Assembly (NCBI GenBank): GCA_963806225.1
Contig: CAWDXG010000004.1
Span: 864,001-928,000 of the forward strand
DNA length: 64,000 nt
Origin: an uncultured delta proteobacterium
GTDB taxonomy: Bacteria > Myxococcota_A > Polyangia > Polyangiales > Polyangiaceae
Direction: 5' to 3'
The translations under genes and the position numbers were made by a program. The notes under the pieces were generated by a model. The model made no database searches. It was not told where the DNA came from and worked only from the letters and a program-made list of their open reading frames with translations. Positions 56,134 to 64,000 of this stretch are shown here, one piece after another. Position 1 is the stretch's first letter. Each line of letters starts with the position of its first letter.

Positions 56134-57048
56134 ATGCACGATTCGCCCGAAGCCTACGTCCGCGGCCCGGACGAGCGGGTCAACTGGTTCAGGTCGATCC
56201 CCTTCATCCTGGTGCATCTGATGCCCCTGGGAGCACTCTGGACGGGCGTCCATCTCAGGGACGCGCTCCTGTGCGTGGCGCTCTACTACGTGCGGATGTT
56301 CTTCATCACGGCGGGCTATCACCGCTACTTCGCCCACCGCGCCTACAAGCTGGGGCGCGGCATGCAGTTCCTGATGGCGTTCGGCGGGGCCACCGCGGCG
56401 CAGAAGGGCGTGCTCTGGTGGGCCGGACATCACCGCGACCACCACAAGTACTCCGACACCCCGAAGGACATCCACTCGCCCAAGCGCGGCTTCTGGTGGA
56501 GCCACATGGGCTGGATCGTCTGCGACAAGTACGAGGCCACGCCGGTCGACCGCATCAGGGACTTCACGAAGTACCCGGAGCTCCGCTTCCTGAACCGCTT
56601 CCACCTGCTGCCGCCGATCGTGCTCGGCTTCGCGGTGTACCTGTTCGGCGGCTGGAGCGCGGTCTTTACCGGCTTCTTCCTGTCGACGGTGCTGGTCTAC
56701 CACGGCACCTTCACCATCAACTCGCTGTCGCACGTGTTCGGCCGTCGCCGCTACGCCACCAGCGATACCAGCCGCAACTCGCTGCTCCTCGCGCTCGTCA
56801 CGCTCGGCGAGGGCTGGCACAACAACCACCACTACTACCAGTCGACGGCCAACCAGGGTTTCTTCTGGTGGGAAATCGACGTGAGCTACTACGTGCTCAG
56901 GGTCCTGTCCTGGGTGGGGCTCGCACGCGATCTGCGCACGCCACCGAAGCATGTGCTCGACAAGAACCGCATCGGCGACGAGCCGATCGCGACGGACCCG
57001 GATCCCGAGCCGGTACTGGCCACGCTGGCGACCGGCGCCCAGCAGTAG
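56134..57048 (+). CDS. Acyl-CoA delta-9-type desaturase
   Basis: His boxes HRYFAH, HRDHH and GEGWHNNHH. Confidence 0.95.
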   Translation: MHDSPEAYVRGPDERVNWFRSIPFILVHLMPLGALWTGVHLRDALLCVALYYVRMFFITAGYHRYFAHRAYKLGRGMQFLMAFGGATAAQKGVLWWAGHHRDHHKYSDTPKDIHSPKRGFWWSHMGWIVCDKYEATPVDRIRDFTKYPELRFLNRFHLLPPIVLGFAVYLFGGWSAVFTGFFLSTVLVYHGTFTINSLSHVFGRRRYATSDTSRNSLLLALVTLGEGWHNNHHYYQSTANQGFFWWEIDVSYYVLRVLSWVGLARDLRTPPKHVLDKNRIGDEPIATDPDPEPVLATLATGAQQ

Positions 57049-57137
57049 TCGCGCCAGGGCTGGCCCGCGGGCGCTCCGCGGGGCTAGGATTCCGGCATGA
57101 GCTGGCGGATTTCCCGTCGTGGAGCGTCGAGGCGCTG

Positions 57138-57773
57138 ATGCGAACGCGCTCGCGGAGCGTCGCTGTGCTCCTGTTCGACGAGGTCGAGCTGCTGGACGTG
57201 GCAGCGCCGCTGGCGGTGCTGAGCAGCGCGGGCCGGAAGTGGAACTGGCGTCCCTTCAAGGTGACGACCGTCGCGGTGACCCCAGGCCGCATCAGCACCC
57301 GAAACCAGCTCGTCATCGAGGCCGAGGGGGCGCTCGACGCCTGCCCCGAGCCAGAGCTCCTGATCCTGCCCGGTGGCTACGGCGCCCGGCTAGCCCTGTC
57401 CGACAGCGCGCTGGTCGACTGGGTGCGCCACGCCGGATCCGCTGCCGGGCTGGTGATGACAGTCGGTCACGGCGCCCTGCTTCTCGCCAGCGCCGGCCTG
57501 GCCGACGACCAGGATCTCGCCGTCCCCCTGGATGCCCGCGAGCTGCTCGAAGAGATCGCCCCGACCGCGCGCGCGGCGGTCGACGCGCCCGGCGTAGTGG
57601 AGTCGAACAAGCTCCTGAGCACCGCGCGGAGCGCTGCGGCGCTCGACCTGGCACTGACGGCTGTGACGCTGCTTCTGGGCCGGGGCCAGGCCCTCGGCGT
57701 GGCAGCGGCGCTGGGGCACGAGATGCACGGGGCCGCTCAGCCCTTGTTGATCGATGTCGAAAGGCGCGATTGA
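57138..57773 (+). CDS. DJ-1/PfpI-family protein lacking the nucleophile Cys
   Basis: VAVLLFDEVELLD; LILPGG; TVGHGA in place of the usual SVCTGA. Confidence 0.8.
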   Translation: MRTRSRSVAVLLFDEVELLDVAAPLAVLSSAGRKWNWRPFKVTTVAVTPGRISTRNQLVIEAEGALDACPEPELLILPGGYGARLALSDSALVDWVRHAGSAAGLVMTVGHGALLLASAGLADDQDLAVPLDARELLEEIAPTARAAVDAPGVVESNKLLSTARSAAALDLALTAVTLLLGRGQALGVAAALGHEMHGAAQPLLIDVERRD

Positions 57774-57819
57774 CGCCGTCTCTGGACGCGGCACATGACT
57801 TGCGGCTAGCCTTGTCCAT

Positions 57820-58842
57820 ATGTTCCACCCCTCTGCGCGCTCCCCGCGAGCAGCGCGCCGGTGCCGAGTAGTCCTGGCTTCGCTGTGCCTCTCGCTCTTG
57901 GCGGCGACCGCCTTCGCCGGTCCGAGCCGCAAGGAGCTGTCACAAGCCCGCGCCAAGTTCCAGCAAGGCACCGAGCTCGAACAGGCCGGCGACTGGAGCA
58001 CGGCCCTCACCCGCTTCCGCGAGGTCGGGCAGGTGCGGATGACGGCGCAGGTCCGCTATCACATCGCGCTCTGCGAGGAGCACCTCGGACAGCTGGTAGT
58101 GGCGCTGGGTGGCTACAAGCTCGCGCTCCAGAGTGCGGACGAGGTCCGGGCCAAGTCGTTCAAAACCACCGTCACGAAGCACATCAGCGACCTCGAGGCA
58201 CGCATCCCCAAGGTCACCATCAAGCGCGGCAAGGGCGCCGAGGCCGCCAGCATCGAGCTCGACGGAGTCAGGCTGGGTGTTTCCTCGATCGGGGTGCCGG
58301 TGCCCATCGACCCCGGTCCTCACACGGTGAGCGCCAAGGCGCCGGGACACGAGCCGTTCTCGCAGACGGTGTCCGTTGCCGAGAAGGACAAGAAGACGCT
58401 CGAGGTGACACTGAAGCCGACTCCCACGGCCGCGACGGGCACCCCCACCGGACCGGTCGGCGGGGAAGAGCACCCGCTCGAGGTCAAGCCGCGCTCGAAG
58501 GTCCTGCCCTTCATCATCGGCGGTGTCGGCGTCGCGAGCCTGGCCGCCTCCGGCACGTTCTTCCTACTGAAGAACAAGGCCATCAGCGACTTGAACGCCG
58601 CGTGCGGCTCCAATCACAACGCCTGCCCGGCATCGAGCAAGAGCGACTACGACAAGGCCAAGACCTACAACCTCGTCTCGGAAATCACACTCGGCGTGGG
58701 CGTCGCGGGTGTGGGCGCTGCCGTCGTACTGCTTTTGACCGGACATCACGCGGAGGCCAAGCCCGCGGACAAGACCGCCCTCCGGCTGCTCCCCGCTGCT
58801 CCCGACAGCGAAGCCGGCGCGTCACTGGTCGGTCGCTTCTAG
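57820..58842 (+). CDS. TPR-like plus PEGA-domain exported protein
   Basis: Signal peptide; ARAKFQQG..YHIALCEE; IELDG..IDPGPHTVSAKAPG; two C-terminal hydrophobic segments. Confidence 0.82.
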   Translation: MFHPSARSPRAARRCRVVLASLCLSLLAATAFAGPSRKELSQARAKFQQGTELEQAGDWSTALTRFREVGQVRMTAQVRYHIALCEEHLGQLVVALGGYKLALQSADEVRAKSFKTTVTKHISDLEARIPKVTIKRGKGAEAASIELDGVRLGVSSIGVPVPIDPGPHTVSAKAPGHEPFSQTVSVAEKDKKTLEVTLKPTPTAATGTPTGPVGGEEHPLEVKPRSKVLPFIIGGVGVASLAASGTFFLLKNKAISDLNAACGSNHNACPASSKSDYDKAKTYNLVSEITLGVGVAGVGAAVVLLLTGHHAEAKPADKTALRLLPAAPDSEAGASLVGRF

Positions 58843-58920
58843 CTGCGACGCCCGGCCCAGCGCCTCCGCGGTGGGGTCACTCCCTGCCCGCGCGCTCCCG
58901 ACCTGGCGGCGCCGGAGCAG

Positions 58921-60504
<1,584 letters not shown>

Positions 60505-60764
60505 TCAACGTCAATTGTCGCAGAGGCCCGGGCGCATCACAAGCTGGCGGCGTCCCCGGAAATGCCGCGGTAACTTTTTCGCTCCGCGCTCATAATCGCG
60601 CTGCCTCGAGCCACTCATGAAGTGGGAGAGTGTACGCCGGCCCTGGGCGGGCCCGACCCGCCCAGCCCTCGCTCAGCTTGCTGGCCAGGCGCGCGGAAGG
60701 AGTGCAATATGGGAAGTGCGCCGTTCTGCGCCTTGCTCCCTTTCTACCAGAGCCCCTATCTAGG

Positions 60765-63608
60765 ATGTCGCAGAGAACCCGTCTGATCCTGGTGCTGGCA
60801 GCCGCGCTCGGCAGCCTGTCGTGCACCGTGCCCCAATACGGATTCAGCAACTCCACGGACGCCGGCCAGGACGCCACGGGCGGCAGCGGTGGGCAGAACG
60901 ACGGCGGGAACGCCGGCGCGAATGACGGGGGAACCTGTCATTCGAATGCCGACTGCGCCGCGACACCCGCCACACCGGTGTGCGACACCGGCTCGGGCAG
61001 CTGCGTCGAGTGCCTGCCCGGGGGCAGCGACTGTGCGTTCGGCAGCTATTGCGACACGACCGACCACTGCGTCACCGGCTGCAACTCGGACGCCGACTGC
61101 AACGCGCCCTCCGGGGACGCCGGCGACGCCGGCAGCACCCATCTGACCTGCGACACGACCACCCATCTCTGCAGCTGCCAGAATCTCGGCGACTGTCCTC
61201 CGGGCACCATCTGCGACACGCAATCCGGAACGTGCAAGCCCGGTTGCAGCGACAAGCAACCCTGCCCGACAGGGCAGCAGTGCTGCGACAACAACTGCTC
61301 GAACGTGCTCGTCGACGACGCCAACTGCGGCAGCTGCGGCAACGCCTGCCAGCCTGCCAACGGCACGGGCACCTGCAGCAACGGCTCCTGCACGATCACG
61401 GGCTGCAGCGCGGGCTACGCCGACTGCAACAACGACCCCACCGACGGCTGCGAGTCGAACCAGAGCCAGGACCCCGCCAACTGCGGCAGCTGCGGCAACA
61501 CCTGTGCGCTTTCGCACGCCACGGCCAAGTGCACGGGTGGCACGTGCGGCGTCGCCAGCTGCGACTCCGGCTACACCGACTGCAACGCCGACCCCACCGA
61601 CGGCTGCGAGGCCCAGCTCGACAGCGACGTCAACAACTGCGGCGCCTGCGGCAGTGCCTGCAGCACCAACCACTCCACGCCGAGCTGCACCAAGGGCGTG
61701 TGCGGGGTCAGCTGCGCCACCGGGTTCGACGACTGCAACTTCGACCCTGTCGACGGCTGCGAAACGAACATCAACACGAACGTCGACAACTGCTCGGCGT
61801 GCGGCAAGGGCTGCCCGTCGGGTACGGGCACGCCCAACTGCGTCGGCGGGGTGTGCGGCGTCAGCCAGTGCACGGGCAACCTGGCCGATTGTGACGGGCT
61901 CGCGAGCAACGGCTGCGAGGCCAACATCTCCACGGATCCCGGCAACTGCGGAAAGTGCGGCAACGCCTGCTCCGCGGCCAATGCGACCGTGGCCTGCAGC
62001 GCCGGCAAATGCGGGATCACTGGCTGCAGCACGAACTTCGCGAACTGCAACAGCCAGTACACCGACGGCTGTGAGGCCAATCTGAAGTCGGACGTCGGCA
62101 ACTGCGGCGGCTGCGGAAACGTCTGCAGCAGCACGAACGGCACGCCGTCGTGCAACCAGGGCCTGTGCGCCATCACCTGCAAAGCCGGGTTCGACAACTG
62201 CGACGGCAAGATTTCGACAGGCTGCGAAACCCCGCTCAACACCGTGTCGAACTGCGGCGCGTGCGGCGTGAAGTGCGCCAACGGGCACGGATCGACGACT
62301 TGCTCGGCGGGAGCCTGCAAGCCGACCTGCGCCGCCGGCTGGGGCGACTGCAACGGCGACCCGACCGACGGCTGCGAGACCCAGCTGAACACCAACACCA
62401 ACTGCGGCGCCTGCGGCCAGGGCTGCAACCCGCCGAATGCTGCCGGCGACTGCAGCACCGGCAGCTGCCAGGTCAGCACCTGCTCCCCCGGCTGGGGCGA
62501 CTGCACGTCCGCTGCGGGCTGCGAGACGCACATCGCGACCGACAAGGCCAACTGCGGCGGCTGCGGCTCTGCCTGCAGCAACAACAACGGCACGCCAGCC
62601 TGCAGTGGCGGCAACTGCAGCATCGCCTGCAACAGCGGCTACGCGGACTGCGACAGCGACGCGCGCACCAACGGCTGCGAGATCCACACGGCCATCGACC
62701 CGAACCACTGCGGGACCTGTACCAAGACGTGCTCGGGCTCGACGCCCAACTGCTCGAACGGCAGCTGCATCTCGGCCTGCGCCCTTGGCACCGCCGATTG
62801 CGACGGTAATTCCGCCAACGGCTGCGAGACCGACATCGCGAGCGACGGAAATAACTGCGGCGGCTGCGGCAAGACCTGCACGGCGTCGCAGTACTGCAAC
62901 GGCGGTTCGTGCTCCACGTGCGCCGGGGGCCACAGCGACTGCGACAAGGACGGCACGAACGCCTGCGAGGCGGCGACCGCCAGCGATCCGAACAACTGCG
63001 GCGGCTGCGCGACGCGCTGCGGCTCGGACGGCACCTGCGGCTGCTCGTCCAGCAGCTGCAGCGGCGGCACCATCTACTTCTCGGAGGACTTCTCGGACAA
63101 CTCGCGCGGCTGGACGTTCGGCAACGAGTGGGCCATCGGTCCGACCAAGACCAGCTCCGGCCAGGAGGAGGGCTTCCCGGATCCTGCCAGCGACCACTCC
63201 ACCACGTCGGACAACGGCGTGGCGGGCATCGTGTTGGGCGGCAACTATTCGTACGCCACCCACTCGGCGTGGTACCTGACCAGCCCCGCGATCAACCTGT
63301 CCAGCGCCGGCGGCACCGTGCACCTCACTTTCTGGCGCTGGCTGAACTGCGACGCAGTGCCGTACACGACCGACACGGTCGAGGTCTACAACGGCAGCTG
63401 GCACACGCTGTGGACCAACCCTGGCTCGAACGTGCTGGTCACCGACTCGGCGTGGACGCGCGAGACGTTCGACGTGACCAGCTACAAGAGCGCTAGCTTC
63501 AAGGTGCGCTTCGGCTTCGCCACCGGCACCAAGGGCGCGTTCCGCGCCTGGGTCATGAGCGGCTGGAACATCGACGACGTGTCGCTGTCCAGCGGCACCT
63601 GCAACTAG
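60765..63608 (+). CDS. Large Cys-rich repeat surface lipoprotein with C-terminal beta-sandwich
   Basis: Lipobox SLSC; 12 (N/H)CxxCxxxC units, mostly preceded by DC..DGCE; C-terminal YFSEDF..GWNIDDV domain. Confidence 0.85.
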   Translation: MSQRTRLILVLAAALGSLSCTVPQYGFSNSTDAGQDATGGSGGQNDGGNAGANDGGTCHSNADCAATPATPVCDTGSGSCVECLPGGSDCAFGSYCDTTDHCVTGCNSDADCNAPSGDAGDAGSTHLTCDTTTHLCSCQNLGDCPPGTICDTQSGTCKPGCSDKQPCPTGQQCCDNNCSNVLVDDANCGSCGNACQPANGTGTCSNGSCTITGCSAGYADCNNDPTDGCESNQSQDPANCGSCGNTCALSHATAKCTGGTCGVASCDSGYTDCNADPTDGCEAQLDSDVNNCGACGSACSTNHSTPSCTKGVCGVSCATGFDDCNFDPVDGCETNINTNVDNCSACGKGCPSGTGTPNCVGGVCGVSQCTGNLADCDGLASNGCEANISTDPGNCGKCGNACSAANATVACSAGKCGITGCSTNFANCNSQYTDGCEANLKSDVGNCGGCGNVCSSTNGTPSCNQGLCAITCKAGFDNCDGKISTGCETPLNTVSNCGACGVKCANGHGSTTCSAGACKPTCAAGWGDCNGDPTDGCETQLNTNTNCGACGQGCNPPNAAGDCSTGSCQVSTCSPGWGDCTSAAGCETHIATDKANCGGCGSACSNNNGTPACSGGNCSIACNSGYADCDSDARTNGCEIHTAIDPNHCGTCTKTCSGSTPNCSNGSCISACALGTADCDGNSANGCETDIASDGNNCGGCGKTCTASQYCNGGSCSTCAGGHSDCDKDGTNACEAATASDPNNCGGCATRCGSDGTCGCSSSSCSGGTIYFSEDFSDNSRGWTFGNEWAIGPTKTSSGQEEGFPDPASDHSTTSDNGVAGIVLGGNYSYATHSAWYLTSPAINLSSAGGTVHLTFWRWLNCDAVPYTTDTVEVYNGSWHTLWTNPGSNVLVTDSAWTRETFDVTSYKSASFKVRFGFATGTKGAFRAWVMSGWNIDDVSLSSGTCN

Positions 63609-63612
63609 AGCG

Positions 63613-64000
63613 CTAGCGCCGGACCAGCATGCGGTCGGCGAGCTCGCGCGCCTGGTCGGCGCCCACCAGCCGCTCCACCAGCGCGAGCGCGAACTCCATC
63701 GCGGTGCCGGCGCCGCGACTGGTGATCAATTGGCCGTCGGTCACCACGCGCTCCTCCACGTACTCGGCGCTCGGCAGCTCGAGACCGGGGAAGGACGTGG
63801 CCCGGCGCCCGGCGAGGACGCCGGCCGCCTCCAGCGCGATCGGCGCGGCGCAGATAGCACCGAGCAGCTTGCCGTCGTTATTGAAGCGCTTCAGTAGCGC
63901 CAGCACGCGCTTGTCGTCCCGGAGGTTCGCCGAGCCGGGCATGCCACCCGGCAGCACCAGCGCGTCGTAGCCGTCGATCCGCATCTGGTCCATGTGACGC
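63613..64000 (-). CDS. DJ-1/YajL-family protein (5' end outside the window)
   Basis: LVLPGGMPG; GAICAAP; ITSRGAGTAMEFAL. Confidence 0.9.
   Translation of the reverse strand, partial: RHMDQMRIDGYDALVLPGGMPGSANLRDDKRVLALLKRFNNDGKLLGAICAAPIALEAAGVLAGRRATSFPGLELPSAEYVEERVVTDGQLITSRGAGTAMEFALALVERLVGADQARELADRMLVRR

Noticed and set aside
60765..63608. Multiheme cytochrome or polyferredoxin
   Set aside because: The CxxC motifs lack the following His and the CxxCxxCxxxCP pattern. An exported disulfide-rich repeat fits better.

Overview
A very GC-rich (about 70% by eye) bacterial chromosomal segment. Its content points to Myxococcota, probably Polyangiales (inference): eukaryotic-like Ser/Thr kinases, PEGA, HEAT and Cys-rich 'DAG/GG'-linker lipoproteins, and STAS/SEC14-like proteins. 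I find about 57 protein-coding loci and no rRNA, tRNA, CRISPR array, transposase or prophage. Housekeeping genes include cls, lpdA, an E1-alpha 2-oxoacid dehydrogenase, tmk-panC-panB, a ferredoxin, a desaturase and transporters. Many genes carry small frameshifts in patches (about 0-1.2, 9-15, 20-22, 33, 38-44 and 49-55 kb), most likely long-read indel errors. Highlights: (1) a 16-kb MoxR AAA+/DUF58/multi-VWA/ABC-2 membrane system split by a histone-H1-like gene and a DUF1415 gene; (2) a TAnnnT box 6-11 nt before about 16 start codons, implying widespread leaderless mRNAs; (3) a dispersed ~51-bp tandem-repeat family, hairpin-bearing in one array; (4) an orphan full-length SctU/FlhB; (5) pspA followed by a degenerate cyclase/P-loop gene pair; (6) peptide-ABC permeases coupled to a Cys-rich lipoprotein instead of a binding protein; (7) deletion scars, including two truncated genes meeting head-to-head at a palindrome.
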